Assembly (NCBI GenBank): GCA_963663805.2
Contig: CAXXMR010000009.1
Span: 96,001 to 160,000 of the forward strand
Direction of reading: 5' to 3'
DNA length: 64,000 nt
DNA from: Sedimentisphaerales bacterium
GTDB lineage: Bacteria; Planctomycetota; Phycisphaerae; Sedimentisphaerales; SM23-30
Made by a program: the position numbers and the translations under genes. Position 1 is the stretch's first letter, and each line of letters starts with the position of its first letter. The notes beneath the pieces are model-generated. The model saw only the letters and a list, made by a program, of their open reading frames with translations, did no database searches and was not told the DNA's origin. This document shows positions 10,709 to 21,710 of this stretch, piece by piece.

Positions 10709-11355
10709 GACACCTGCGCCTCCGGTTTCAGTTCATCCTCAAAATCGCTGTAGGTGTTGGTTTCGGGAATCTTGCCCTTGGCAATCTTACCGCGACCAAC
10801 CGCGGCGGTCATTTCATCGCCGAGCTTAATGCGGATGAGCCGGATAATTTCTTTGGCCTCAGGAATCTTGACCTTTTCAAACAGGTTTACCCGCTGAATA
10901 ATCTTGGTCAGCTCCTGCTGCAGCAGTTCATATTGTTCTTTGACAATTTGCAGTTGGGCCTTGAGTTCATTGACATCCCGCAAATCGAGCAGGGCTCTAT
11001 CGACCCAGGCCGGCGTACCAAACAAACTGTAATTCACCTCTGGAAATTCCACACTTTCATAAATGGGAATATTTACGCCTGCGATATTGAGCCGCGTGGA
11101 GTTGATTTTACTGCAAGCCGAAAGCTCTGCCAGATTGATACCCGCCAAATCAGAAGTAATCTTCTGATAAGCGTCAAACTTCTTCTGGGCCGCTTCGGTC
11201 TGCTTCTCAAGCTCGAGATATTTCTTTTGAATCTCGCGGATACGACTTTGCAGCATCTGCTGTTTCAGCTTGAGCATGGGTAGATAACGCTGAAATCGCG
11301 TTAAAACATCACGCTGCCGCTTGAGTTCCGGTCTGGTAAGTTTAATTTTTGCCAT
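10705..11355 (-). CDS. atpD: V/A-type ATP synthase subunit D
   Basis: LPMLKLK, NIAGV, QRVNLFEKVKIPE. Confidence 0.95.
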   Translation of the reverse strand: MAKIKLTRPELKRQRDVLTRFQRYLPMLKLKQQMLQSRIREIQKKYLELEKQTEAAQKKFDAYQKITSDLAGINLAELSACSKINSTRLNIAGVNIPIYESVEFPEVNYSLFGTPAWVDRALLDLRDVNELKAQLQIVKEQYELLQQELTKIIQRVNLFEKVKIPEAKEIIRLIRIKLGDEMTAAVGRGKIAKGKIPETNTYSDFEDELKPEAQVS

Positions 11356-11397
11356 TGTCTATTGTAACTTTCGCACTTGTACGTATTATGCAAAGTA

Positions 11398-12705
11398 TTA
11401 AGCCGGAGTGAGTTCCTTGGGCCAGTGAGCTTCGATAATCGAACGACGAATACCAGTTTCTGCCGGCTCGAAACACTCTGCCAGAATTTCCCAGCAGCGG
11501 TCGAGCGCCTCAAACAGCGGAATATTCACCGAAAGCGACATTACCCGTTCTTCGAACAGTTCACCGTATTTCAGCAGCGAACCATCCCAACGCGACATCT
11601 CAAAACCCATATCACGTTTCTCGCGGCTTTCACGGCACTGAGCGTACAACTGAATACAGCCGTCCATAATCGCCCGATGGTCGTCGCGGCTCTTGCCGTT
11701 GACCTGCTGTTTCAGACGTGAAAGTGAACCAAACGGTTCAATACGTCCGTTACGTAGATAGAACTGACCTTCGGTAATGTAACCGGTATTATCCGGAACC
11801 GGGTGAGTTACGTCATCACCGGGCATGGTAACACAAGCCAGCAAGGTCATCGAGCCGGCCCCGTCAAAGTCGACCGCCTTTTCATAACGACGGGCCAACT
11901 GCGTATACAAATCGCCCGGATAACCACGGTTTGACGGAATCTGTTCCATAACAATCGCGATTTCCTTCATAGCGTCGGAGAACGCGGTCATATCGGTCAG
12001 CAGTACGAGGACCTTCTTGCCCTGCAAAGCAAACTGTTCGCCCACCGCCAGGCACTGGTCCGGCACGAGCAGACATTCCACCACCGGGTCAGCGGCTGTA
12101 TGAATGTACATAATCGTACGACCCAGCACGCCGCCGTCTTCAAACGTCTGGCGAAATTTCAGGTAATCGTCATGCCGCAAACCCATACCGCCCAGAATAA
12201 TGACATCGGCCTGTGCCTGAAGTCCCACACGCGCCAGCAACTCATTGTAAGGTTCACCCGCCACCGAGAAAATCGGCAGCTTCTGTGACTCTACCAGCGA
12301 GTTGAAAATATCAATCATCGGAATACCGGTTTCGACCATCTGGTCGGGCATACGACGTTGGGTCGGGTTGACAGCCGGAGAACCAATTTCCACCGGGTCT
12401 GCCTGTACCTCCGGGCGACCATCGCGGGGTTTACCGGAACCGTTGAAAATCCGGCCCAGCAAATCATCGCAGAAGGGAACCTGCATCGGACGACCCAGGA
12501 AACGAATCCGGTCGTTCGTCGATACACCCTGAGTACCAGCGAAAATCTGCAAACTCACCTGGTCACCTTCCAGATTAACTACCTGGGCCAGCGACTCACC
12601 GCGACCGGTGCTGATTACTGCCAGCTCATCGTAGCCTACGCCCGATGCCGTGACAGTTACTACGTTACCGGCGATTTTGGTAATTTTGTCAAAGTACTTT
12701 CTCAT
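11398..12705 (-). CDS. atpB: V/A-type ATP synthase subunit B
   Basis: [35 protein letters not shown]. Confidence 0.97.
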   Translation of the reverse strand: MRKYFDKITKIAGNVVTVTASGVGYDELAVISTGRGESLAQVVNLEGDQVSLQIFAGTQGVSTNDRIRFLGRPMQVPFCDDLLGRIFNGSGKPRDGRPEVQADPVEIGSPAVNPTQRRMPDQMVETGIPMIDIFNSLVESQKLPIFSVAGEPYNELLARVGLQAQADVIILGGMGLRHDDYLKFRQTFEDGGVLGRTIMYIHTAADPVVECLLVPDQCLAVGEQFALQGKKVLVLLTDMTAFSDAMKEIAIVMEQIPSNRGYPGDLYTQLARRYEKAVDFDGAGSMTLLACVTMPGDDVTHPVPDNTGYITEGQFYLRNGRIEPFGSLSRLKQQVNGKSRDDHRAIMDGCIQLYAQCRESREKRDMGFEMSRWDGSLLKYGELFEERVMSLSVNIPLFEALDRCWEILAECFEPAETGIRRSIIEAHWPKELTPA

Positions 12706-14429
12706 GCCTGACGCCCTTTCCTGGCGATGAAATCATCTATCTGTCCCAGAATTTTGTTATATTCGTCACTGTCCAGAGCCGCAAAGTTCCAGTTACGGAA
12801 CAGGTCGGAAACGCCGACCATAATCTGACGGCCCTGGTCTTTGGTATCAAATTCAATTTCCAGGTCAACCACTTCCAGAATCTTATCAAATACGAATCTC
12901 TGGCGTTCTGCCGGAGTCGCTGAGTCAACTTCATCAAAAGCGTTCTGCTGCAAATAGCAGTTATCGAAAAACTCTGCCTTCAAGGCGGTCATGAAATCTT
13001 CCTTGGAAGTCCCTTCCTCGCCGACAACCGTCATCATCTGGGTTACTTCATGGCCTTTACGCAGCAGAGCCCGCACAATAGCCATTTTTTTCGGCTCAAT
13101 TACACCCGGATATTTACTCCAGGAATCCAGCGGGTCAATCGCCGGATAACGACGAGCGTCAGAACGGGCCCGCGAAAGACCGTGGAAAGCACCCACAACC
13201 TTTAGGGTACCCTGAGTTACCGGCTCTTCAAAGTTACCACCTGCCGGAGATACCGTCCCGCCGATTGTCAGTGAACCTGTCTCGCCGTTTTCAAATTCCA
13301 ACATGCCCGCCCGCTCATAGAAGCTGGCGATACGGCTTTCCAGATAAGCCGGAAACGCTTCTTCGCCGGGAATTTCTTCCAGTCGGCCCGACAACTCACG
13401 CATTGCCTGAGCCCAGCGAGAGGTCGAGTCCGCCAACAGCAGAACATTAAGCCCCATCTGACGGTAATACTCACCCAGAGTAACGCCCGTATATACTGAT
13501 GCTTCACGAGCCGCAACCGGCATCGCCGATGTATTACAAATAATTATCGTACGTTCCATTAGACTCTTGCCCGTACGCGGGTCGGTCAGTTCCGGGAACT
13601 CACGCAGAGTTTCAACTACCTCACCGGCACGTTCGCCGCAAGCCGTGATGATAATGATGTCAACCTGAGCGTAACGAGAGGTGATTTGCTGCAAAACCGT
13701 CTTGCCCGCACCAAAAGGACCCGGAATACAATACGTGCCGCCCCGAACCACCGGGAACATCGAATCCACGATACGCACCTGCGTTATTAGAGGGTCTTCC
13801 GGCAGCAGACGACGCTTGGAGCAGTTCAACGCCAGCTTCACCGGCCAGTTCTGAACCATTTTGATAACCCGTTTCTCGCCGCTTTCATCTGTTACCGTGG
13901 CCATCTCGTCACTGATATTGTACGAGCCCGCCGAAACGATACTTTCAATCTTGAAGCTGCCCCGCCACGCGAAGGGAACCATTATCTTATGCGTAAACAT
14001 GGATTCCGGCACCGTACCAATCGTGTCGCCCGGCTTGACGGTATCGCCTGCCTTGGCCGTAGGAGTGAAATCCCACTGGCTGTCAGCCCGCAGACCATCA
14101 ATATACTGGCCCGGTACGAGGAAGTAACCAACCTTTTCCGCCAGCTCATGCAGAGGGTTCTGCAACCCATCATAAACCTGACCTAACAGGCCCGGGCCGA
14201 GCATGACCGAAAGCATGTCTTCGTGGAACTCAACCCGGTCGCCCACTTTCAGGCCGCGAGTTTCCTCGAACACCTGCAAGTCAGCCAGACGACCGCGAAT
14301 ACGAATTACTTCACTCAATAACTGAGCGCCGTCGGAGCGGTGACAATAGCCCACCGCGTTCTGCATCACCTGACCATGGGCCTCGGCGATTACCAGATTG
14401 CCGGATACTGAAACAATTTTACCTTCCAC
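12702..14429 (-). CDS. atpA: V/A-type ATP synthase subunit A
   Basis: Walker [35 protein letters not shown] start. Confidence 0.97.
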   Translation of the reverse strand: MEGKIVSVSGNLVIAEAHGQVMQNAVGYCHRSDGAQLLSEVIRIRGRLADLQVFEETRGLKVGDRVEFHEDMLSVMLGPGLLGQVYDGLQNPLHELAEKVGYFLVPGQYIDGLRADSQWDFTPTAKAGDTVKPGDTIGTVPESMFTHKIMVPFAWRGSFKIESIVSAGSYNISDEMATVTDESGEKRVIKMVQNWPVKLALNCSKRRLLPEDPLITQVRIVDSMFPVVRGGTYCIPGPFGAGKTVLQQITSRYAQVDIIIITACGERAGEVVETLREFPELTDPRTGKSLMERTIIICNTSAMPVAAREASVYTGVTLGEYYRQMGLNVLLLADSTSRWAQAMRELSGRLEEIPGEEAFPAYLESRIASFYERAGMLEFENGETGSLTIGGTVSPAGGNFEEPVTQGTLKVVGAFHGLSRARSDARRYPAIDPLDSWSKYPGVIEPKKMAIVRALLRKGHEVTQMMTVVGEEGTSKEDFMTALKAEFFDNCYLQQNAFDEVDSATPAERQRFVFDKILEVVDLEIEFDTKDQGRQIMVGVSDLFRNWNFAALDSDEYNKILGQIDDFIARKGRQA

Positions 14430-14471
14430 AGGGTTGCCCTCGCAACTGGGTGTGTCATTTTTTGTCTACGT

Positions 14472-15161
14472 TCAGACCTGATTCTGAGCGGTATTCATCC
14501 GCTGCCGGCGTTGTACCAGCATGAGTTTGGCCGCATAAGCTGCCAGCTCATCATTGTCAAAACTGAACCACGCGTCATTATCTATTAACCAGTTCCACCG
14601 AGCTTTATCCAGCACCTGCATTCCCGCAAGAGGGTCCGCCGCCGCTGACCATTCGCCCAGCACACTGTTAAAATCAACATCACATTCGCCTAAAGCCTCT
14701 GCCACCCGATACCCTTCAGCCGAAAGCTTCAACGCCTTGGCACGAGCTTCCACCAGAGCGTTACGCAGAGAAACTTCAAATCCCACCCAGCGTTCCAGAA
14801 AATTACTGCCCGTAGCCGAAGCCACCGACCGTACATAACCATAATATTCCTGCCAGAGCAAATCTGTCCCTGCCCGACCGGTATCCTTAATCGCCTCTTC
14901 CAGCAGATATTCCGGCAGTGGTTCTTCATTGCGAATCTGGGATTCACTCAGCACATTGCCGCTCACCTTTTCAATCTCGCCGGCCAATACCGCTTCACGC
15001 TGCAATATATCGTCGCTCAGCAGAATTGCTCGAACCTGCTCCCACGCCGCGGTATTATCACGCAGCGATTCCAGCAGTTCCACACCGGTCATCGTTGCAT
15101 CAGCATCAATGCCGGAAAGGTCTTCCAGGGCGGTTATCAGATAGTAATTGTCTGAGTTCAT
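14472..15161 (-). CDS. DUF2764-family V-ATPase subunit (C-like)
   Basis: Position between E and A; YYLIT..., FE.SLRNALV..RA, LD.ARW motifs. Confidence 0.8.
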   Translation of the reverse strand: MNSDNYYLITALEDLSGIDADATMTGVELLESLRDNTAAWEQVRAILLSDDILQREAVLAGEIEKVSGNVLSESQIRNEEPLPEYLLEEAIKDTGRAGTDLLWQEYYGYVRSVASATGSNFLERWVGFEVSLRNALVEARAKALKLSAEGYRVAEALGECDVDFNSVLGEWSAAADPLAGMQVLDKARWNWLIDNDAWFSFDNDELAAYAAKLMLVQRRQRMNTAQNQV

Positions 15162-15179
15162 ATTTATAACCGTTAAATG

Positions 15180-15806
15180 TTAAGCTTTGCCCGTGCCCTT
15201 ATCGAAAACTTCCCGAAGTTTCGGGCTGACCAGTTCACGCAGGGTCGATACTACCGATTCCTGCGTAACTTCGATCGTCGCGCCGGACACATTAAACTCA
15301 AAGCCCGCCTGACGCAGCGTTGCCTTGAAATCCAGACAGGATTTCGAAGACTGCGACAACTCGCGAAGCTCCTTGATGGCCCAGTTGGCCAGAGCCTTGT
15401 GAATTTCCGGGTTGACCTTGATTTTTACATCGCCCTTGGCTTCGATGTCGGCCTTGACATATTCCATGGCGATACTGTGCATTATTTCCTTCAGAAAACT
15501 GGTATCGCTCAAGGTTTCTTCAACCGGACCGGCCAAAACATTGCCCAGGTTCCCTTCCAGAGTCTCACGCAGACGCATTACCGTATCGCGGGAGGCCAGC
15601 TCCAGCTCGGTTTTGCCACGTTCGATTATCTGGGACGCTTCAGCTTTGGCACCGGAGATTATCTTCTCCGCCTCAGCTTGGGCGTCCTGGACGGTCTTCT
15701 GGGCCGCTTTTTCGGCTTCCTGACGAATTTGTTCAGCAGCCTGCTGACCTGCCTCTACACCTTCGTTTTGCAGTTTGGCGACAAAAGATTCAATCGTTTC
15801 GGCCAT
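15180..15806 (-). CDS. atpE: V/A-type ATP synthase subunit E
   Basis: KLQNEGVEAG followed by an A/E/Q-rich coiled coil; first gene of the operon. Confidence 0.88.
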   Translation of the reverse strand: MAETIESFVAKLQNEGVEAGQQAAEQIRQEAEKAAQKTVQDAQAEAEKIISGAKAEASQIIERGKTELELASRDTVMRLRETLEGNLGNVLAGPVEETLSDTSFLKEIMHSIAMEYVKADIEAKGDVKIKVNPEIHKALANWAIKELRELSQSSKSCLDFKATLRQAGFEFNVSGATIEVTQESVVSTLRELVSPKLREVFDKGTGKA

Positions 15807-16203
15807 CGTTGCTCTCCAGCCGGGATTATTCCCGCTTAATTTCGGCACAGCCCATCAGCCATGCCCCAAACCTTGTTATTCATTTCACATCGTTACGGCA
15901 TGAGCAATTACGCTATATGCCAGCACTATATAAATCGACCACTTAATCTAACTTGTTGAATTATCGCAAGATTAAAAAACCTTATTTTCCAACCTGCTAT
16001 TCTATATTCCACAATCCCGCAGGCCCTTACTGAACTTTATTGCACAAAAAGCCTAACTTCGCTAAATAAAAGACCTTATATTTCCTGAAACGTGACGCAA
16101 TGAACAAACAGTATGCCTGTTAAGTTTGTCAAAATTCTCCCAGACCAGACACCACCTACATTCATTATCAGGCTGACAGGGGGCCAATAACTAACCCCAA
16201 AAA

Positions 16204-17016
16204 TCATCCCAGCGCCACATCCAGCACCATCATTACCGTAAAACCGATCATAACTCCGCCCGTAGCAAGGTCCACATTCCCCTCACGCTGGGCTTCTGGT
16301 ATGACCTCCTCGGCCACCACGAATATCATTGCCCCAGCAGCGAATGCCAAAGCGTAAGGTAAGATACTGCCCGCGAAAACAACCGCCGCCGCACCAACAA
16401 CCGCCGCTATCGGCTCGCAAACCCCCGACAGTTGGCCGTACCAAAATGCCCGCTTACGAGACAGGCCCTCACGCAAAAGCGGCATGGACACAGCCATACC
16501 TTCAGGGAAATTCTGAATACCAATACCCAGAGCCAATGCTATAGCACCTGCCATATTCGCCGATTCCAAACCAGCACCCACTGCACCAAACGCGAAACCT
16601 ACCGCCAAACCTTCAGGGATATTATGCAGAGTAATCGCCAGAACCAGCAGCGTACTGCGATGCCACGAGGTCTTGATACCCTCAGCTTCAGATTTTGGAT
16701 AGCCCAAATGTAAATGCGGCAGAACCTTATCAATACCCCGCAGAAACACCCCGCCCATGATGAAACCAACCGCCGCCGGCACCCATTTCGGTATATTCAG
16801 ACCCTCCGACATCTCCAGCGCCGGTGCCAACAATGACCAGAAACTTGCCGCGACCATCACACCCGCGGCGAAACCCAGCATCAAATCCAGAAACTTCCGA
16901 TTAAACCTCTTTGTAAAAAAAACCGTCCCTGCCCCCAATGCCGTCAAACCCCAAGTGAAACACCCCGCCAGCAATGCCGCTATTACCGGATTAAGACCTT
17001 CCAGGTATTCAATCAT
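16204..17016 (-). CDS. ZIP family (GufA-like) divalent metal transporter
   Basis: [38 protein letters not shown]. Confidence 0.93.
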   Translation of the reverse strand: MIEYLEGLNPVIAALLAGCFTWGLTALGAGTVFFTKRFNRKFLDLMLGFAAGVMVAASFWSLLAPALEMSEGLNIPKWVPAAVGFIMGGVFLRGIDKVLPHLHLGYPKSEAEGIKTSWHRSTLLVLAITLHNIPEGLAVGFAFGAVGAGLESANMAGAIALALGIGIQNFPEGMAVSMPLLREGLSRKRAFWYGQLSGVCEPIAAVVGAAAVVFAGSILPYALAFAAGAMIFVVAEEVIPEAQREGNVDLATGGVMIGFTVMMVLDVALG

Positions 17017-17052
17017 ATTGCCTCCATGCAATTTAACTTGCCAACCAAACTT

Positions 17053-17234
17053 TTGCAAAATGACAGTTTGGCATACCTGATTTAATGCAATTTGATTTTT
17101 GACACGAATTTGAAATTAAATCAAATTGCATTAAATTCTTAAACGTAAAAACTTACGACAAAAAACGCAAAACCAGAAAAAACAGCGCAGCGTCTTTTTT
17201 CTGATCAAAAGTATGCCAAATTGTTATTTTGCAA
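17053..17234. repeat. Nested inverted-repeat element (MITE-like)
   Basis: Outer 24-bp IR 17053-17076/17211-17234 with 2 mismatches; inner perfect 19-bp IR 17080-17098/17118-17136. Confidence 0.7.
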
Positions 17235-17253
17235 GACTCCAATTTGCCAAATA

Positions 17254-17820
17254 CTAACGATGTTGAATAAGATGTTCCAGCAAAATCTTTATCCCAATAC
17301 CGATAAGAACGACCCCGGCGACAATTTCAGCCTTGTTCTCAAACAAATGCCCGATCTTACTGCCGATTGCCACACCCACACAGGAAACCCCAAAAGTAAT
17401 CGCTCCGATAACTATAGACGCCGTCAAAATTGACCCGCCCAGCAGTGAAAGCGTGACACCCACTGCCAAAGCGTCGATACTGGTCGCCATCGCCAGCAAA
17501 ATAACCATCCTGAAATTTTCAACATTGGACTTCTTCTCGATTTCCTCCAGTTTGAACGCTTCGTATATCATCTTGCCCCCAATACCCCCCAGCAAACCAA
17601 AAGCTATCCAGTGGTCATAAGCCTGAATATATTCACGCAGCCCCATCCCCGTCAGCCAGCCCAGCACCGGCATAAACCCCTGAAAAAGCCCAAACATAAA
17701 AGCCATCCGCAGACTATGGCGAATCTGCATGTTCTTACAAGCCGTACCCTCAGCGATAGATACCGCCAGACAATCCATCGCCAGACCAAAGCCCAGCAAT
17801 ATTATAACCATAATACTCAT
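17254..17820 (-). CDS. mntP: Manganese efflux pump MntP
   Basis: LAMDCLAVS, FQGFMP, DHWIAF, ATSIDALAVG. Confidence 0.93.
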   Translation of the reverse strand: MSIMVIILLGFGLAMDCLAVSIAEGTACKNMQIRHSLRMAFMFGLFQGFMPVLGWLTGMGLREYIQAYDHWIAFGLLGGIGGKMIYEAFKLEEIEKKSNVENFRMVILLAMATSIDALAVGVTLSLLGGSILTASIVIGAITFGVSCVGVAIGSKIGHLFENKAEIVAGVVLIGIGIKILLEHLIQHR

Positions 17821-17962
17821 AGCCGTTAATCTTCCTCTTATGTCTTATCTCTCACCCCCGCCCACTTTTTTACTGCATTTACGACCATATCAGCTATGAT
17901 AGTTCAGCGGAAAACGCTGTAATATACAAGTTGTGAATGAATAAACAAGGATAGAACCGAAA

Positions 17963-19324
17963 ATGCCCTCAAAAATCGACCTCACCCCGTCAGAAATAGT
18001 CGCTGAACTGGATAAATACATCATCGGACAGGCCGACGCCAAGCGCGCCGTGGCCATCGCCATGCGCAACCGCTACCGGAGACAGCAGTTAGCGGATGAT
18101 ATTCGAGAGGAAGTCGCCCCCAAAAATATTATTATGTCTGGGCCTACCGGTGTCGGCAAAACCGAAATCGCCCGTCGGCTGGCCGGTCTGGTCGGCGCTC
18201 CTTTTGTCAAGGTCGAAGCCACCAAGTTCACCGAGGTCGGCTATGTCGGAAGAGATGTCGAAAGCATGGTCCGCGACCTCGTCGAGCGGGCCATCCAGAT
18301 GGAACGCGAAGAACAGTCCGTCCTCTGGTCCGCTCAGGCCGCCGGGCACGCCGAAGAACGCCTGCTCGATTGCCTACTGCCTGTCCCCGTGGCCCAGGAC
18401 CCGGTCACGCAGGACCGACATAAACGAACCCGCGAAAAATTGCGTGAACAGCTACTCGCCGGAAATCTGGAAGACCGGGAAGTCGAAGTCTCTGTCCAGG
18501 AAAAATCCATGCCCGTAGGTATTCTTTCCAATGTCGGACTCGACCAGATGGGCCCCGAAATGGAAAATATGTTCGAAAAACTCATGCCCTCGCGTTCAGC
18601 CGCCCGGCGGGTGAATGTCACGCAGGCCCGACAAATCCTCCACGAACAGGAACTCGACAAACTTATCGACCAGCAGAAGATGATTGATGCCGCCTTGAAA
18701 CGAACCGAGCAGTCCGGCATGGTTTTTATCGACGAAATTGACAAGGTCTGTGGTGCCGCCGCCGCGATGGGAGCCGAAGTCTCCCGCGAGGGTGTCCAGC
18801 GGGATTTGCTGCCCCTGGTCGAGGGCACAACCGTAAACACTCGGCACGGCCAGGTCAAAACCGACCATATTTTATTCGTCGCCGCCGGAGCTTTCAGCCG
18901 CAACAAGCCCGCCGACCTCATGCCCGAACTGCAAGGCCGCTTCCCTATCCGCGTTAAGCTCAAAGACCTTACCGAAGATGATTTCCGCCGTATCCTCACC
19001 GAACCCAACAACGCCCTGACCGTTCAGCAGGTCGCTCTATTAAAGACCGAGGGGGTCGAAATAGAATTCGCCGACGATGCCGTCGCCGAGATGGCCGCCA
19101 AGGCTTTTGAGCTTAACCGTAGCTTGCAGAACATCGGAGCCCGCCGCCTTTATGCCGTAATGGAAAAGGTGTTCGAACAAATCAGTTTCGACGCACCCGA
19201 CAAATCACAGGCCAAATATATCATCGACGCCGCCTATGTCCGCGAACATTTAAGAAAGGTAACCCAGGACGAGGACCTCAACATCTTCGGTTTCGCCGCC
19301 GGAACTTCCCAGAAAAAAAATTAA
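17963..19324 (+). CDS. hslU: ATP-dependent protease ATPase subunit HslU
   Basis: GPTGVGKTEIARRLA, TEVGYVG, FIDEIDK, GVQRDLLP, ELQGRFPIRV, NIGARRL. Confidence 0.97.
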   Translation: MPSKIDLTPSEIVAELDKYIIGQADAKRAVAIAMRNRYRRQQLADDIREEVAPKNIIMSGPTGVGKTEIARRLAGLVGAPFVKVEATKFTEVGYVGRDVESMVRDLVERAIQMEREEQSVLWSAQAAGHAEERLLDCLLPVPVAQDPVTQDRHKRTREKLREQLLAGNLEDREVEVSVQEKSMPVGILSNVGLDQMGPEMENMFEKLMPSRSAARRVNVTQARQILHEQELDKLIDQQKMIDAALKRTEQSGMVFIDEIDKVCGAAAAMGAEVSREGVQRDLLPLVEGTTVNTRHGQVKTDHILFVAAGAFSRNKPADLMPELQGRFPIRVKLKDLTEDDFRRILTEPNNALTVQQVALLKTEGVEIEFADDAVAEMAAKAFELNRSLQNIGARRLYAVMEKVFEQISFDAPDKSQAKYIIDAAYVREHLRKVTQDEDLNIFGFAAGTSQKKN

Positions 19325-19404
19325 GAACGGTGTCAGGTACAATCATTCATCCCAGAGCCGCGCACGTAAGTAAGCGGTTGCCGTTTCCCTCCTGCCTCAT
19401 CCCC

Positions 19405-19466
19405 GCCGTTAAATAAATACCCCTGCCGAAGGCAGGCACCTCGCCGTTCACTCATCCCTCTTGCCT
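19405..19466 (+). repeat. Hairpin-heptamer dispersed repeat, copy A
   Basis: AAATACCCCTGCCGAAGGCAGGCACCTCGCCGTTCACTC shared with 21668-21710 and (reverse) 28441-28514. Confidence 0.85.
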
Positions 19467-19471
19467 TCTTC

Positions 19472-20842
19472 CTAATTCGTCAAACTGCGAATCGGCGCCG
19501 GAATATGCCCGCCGCTGTTAATAAAGCGGGCACTGGCGTTATTGTTACGCACTTCCATCACACTGCCGCTGCCGAACAAGCCGCCGAACGATACCTCATC
19601 GCCAGCTTTCTTGCCCGGCACAGGAATGAGTCGTACCGCGGTGGTCTTATTATTGATTACCCCGATAGCCATTTCGTCCGCGATAATCCCGCTAATCGTT
19701 TCCGCCGCGGTGTCACCGGGAATAATAACCATATCCAGCCCGACCGAACATACGCTGGTCATGGCCTCGAGTTTTTCCAAAGTTAAATGTCCCTTCCGGG
19801 CCGCTTCTGCCAGATTCGAATCTTCCATTACCGGAATAAAAGCACCGCTCAAACCGCCCACCGAACTACTGGCAAACAAACCACCTTTTTTCACCGCGTC
19901 GTTTATCATCGCCAGCGCCGCCGTACTGCCCGGCGCGCCCACCACGTCCAGCCCCAGCACATTGAATATCTCACCGATACTATCGCCCACCTGCGGCGTA
20001 GGGGCCAGAGATAAATCCACAATCCCAAACCGCACCCCCAGCTCTTTGGCAACTTCGCGACCTATCAATTCACCCACTCGCGTCACTCGAAAAGCCGTCA
20101 GTTTAATCTGCTCTGCCAGCTCATTTATCGACGGCTGTCCCGCCGCCCGAACCCGTTCCAAAGCACTCTTAACCACGCCCGGCCCGCTTACGCCGATATT
20201 GATAACATTATCACCCTGACCAGAACCCAGATAAGCACCCGCCATGAACGGGTTGTCAGACGGAATATTCGCGAAGATAACCAGTTTCGCACAGCCGAAC
20301 CCGTCCTGCTCCTTGGTCGCCGCCGCGATGTCCTTGACAATCCTGCCCATAACGGCCACAGCATCCATATTTATGCCCGCTTTACTGCCCGCCAGATTTA
20401 CCGACGAGCAGACCCGTTTGGTTTTAGCCAACACTTCCGGCAGCGATTCAATCAGCAGCTTTTGACCCGCAGTCATTCCACGCTCGACCAGAGCCGTAAA
20501 ACCACCCGCCAAATCAACGTTCACTTTCTGAGTGCTTTCGTCAATCGTACGGGCAATCTCCAACGCCGCCTGCGCAGTGTGACCTTCCAGGAGATTACTT
20601 ACCGGCGACAAAGCCAGCCGCTTATTAACTACCGGAATCTTATACTTGCCCCCGATACTGTCGCAAACCTCAACCAGACGAGCCGCCCGCGTGGTTATTT
20701 TATGAGAGACTTTCTTACAGACCAGCTTTATATCAGGCCCGCAGCATTCGTTCAGGTCAATCCCCATCGTCACTGCCCGAACATCCAGATGTTCGCTTTG
20801 CAGCATCCTGATCGTTCCTAGTATGTCATCGGTACGCAGCAT
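19472..20842 (-). CDS. DUF711/UPF0210 PFL-like protein
   Basis: LDVRAVTMGI, DNPFMAGA, VGVSGPGVV-like, DLSLAPT, GGLSGAFIPV, EAMTSVCSVGLDM. Confidence 0.92.
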   Translation of the reverse strand: MLRTDDILGTIRMLQSEHLDVRAVTMGIDLNECCGPDIKLVCKKVSHKITTRAARLVEVCDSIGGKYKIPVVNKRLALSPVSNLLEGHTAQAALEIARTIDESTQKVNVDLAGGFTALVERGMTAGQKLLIESLPEVLAKTKRVCSSVNLAGSKAGINMDAVAVMGRIVKDIAAATKEQDGFGCAKLVIFANIPSDNPFMAGAYLGSGQGDNVINIGVSGPGVVKSALERVRAAGQPSINELAEQIKLTAFRVTRVGELIGREVAKELGVRFGIVDLSLAPTPQVGDSIGEIFNVLGLDVVGAPGSTAALAMINDAVKKGGLFASSSVGGLSGAFIPVMEDSNLAEAARKGHLTLEKLEAMTSVCSVGLDMVIIPGDTAAETISGIIADEMAIGVINNKTTAVRLIPVPGKKAGDEVSFGGLFGSGSVMEVRNNNASARFINSGGHIPAPIRSLTN

Positions 20843-20877
20843 TTATTTTTACCTTAATTGAATTTTTAGAGGTGTTC

Positions 20878-21429
20878 TTAAATAGCAAAGCCCAGCCGCA
20901 AATCATTCGTTGCGACAAAAATATTCTCATGCTGCATATGGGCAGCAAAACCCTTACCCTCGCCCAAAGATTCCAACTCGGCCTGAAGCATGTAAACATC
21001 GCTTTCGTTCGGCACGCTAACCTGACAGATTACCACAAAATTACCATCTCTAACACAGCAATAGAGGTCGTCAATATTGACGCTTTTGCCCGCCAGAAAA
21101 TTCACCAGCGAACTGAGAATCCCCGGTCGGTCCGGCCCTTCGCACGTCACGATAAATGACTGGAACTCCGGCCCCGCCTGCTCCACCGGACGGTAGGGAG
21201 TTACATAAACATGCAAATCAGAACCGGCATGATTATGAATACGCTCTGCCAGCTCATCGGTATTTATCTCACCCGCGAAATCCGCCAGGACCATCATCGC
21301 GAAATAACCCTGATGAACAGTCTGGCTGGCAGCCTGGATATTACCATCCAGATCCAGCAACGCCTGACTGACCCCGGCAATAATACCCGACCGGTCAGTT
21401 GTCGTTATAGACATTATATACTTCGCCAT
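20878..21429 (-). CDS. Double ACT-domain protein (GcvR-like)
   Basis: DRSGIIAGVS and GPDRPGIL ACT motifs; the usual partner upstream of DUF711. Confidence 0.88.
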   Translation of the reverse strand: MAKYIMSITTTDRSGIIAGVSQALLDLDGNIQAASQTVHQGYFAMMVLADFAGEINTDELAERIHNHAGSDLHVYVTPYRPVEQAGPEFQSFIVTCEGPDRPGILSSLVNFLAGKSVNIDDLYCCVRDGNFVVICQVSVPNESDVYMLQAELESLGEGKGFAAHMQHENIFVATNDLRLGFAI

Positions 21430-21667
21430 ACCGTTCAGCCTTTCACAAGTATCAGTAATTCACAAAGCAGCAGAATATCGTTACTCCGGCAAACAATAAA
21501 GAACTAATTTCCGCAAGAATACCAACCGTGTGTGATGTGTGATAATTTCCCCGGGCCACCCTTTTGCCTCTTCTACCAACCCCCACAGAAGCCGAGCCGC
21601 GTAAGCGGCCGGATAAGACCACCAACATCCCTCACCAACCAAAACCGTGAGGTGATGGGTCCGGTCC

Positions 21668-21710
21668 ATAAAAATACCCCTGCCGAAGGCAGGCACCACG
21701 CCGTTCACTC
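21668..21710 (+). repeat. Hairpin-heptamer dispersed repeat, copy B
   Basis: AAATACCCCTGCCGAAGGCAGGCACCACGCCGTTCACTC, 1 mismatch to copy A over this stretch. Confidence 0.88.

Noticed and set aside
17821..17962. yybP-ykoY Mn riboswitch upstream of mntP
   Set aside because: Consensus elements not recognisable by eye; a cmscan would settle it.
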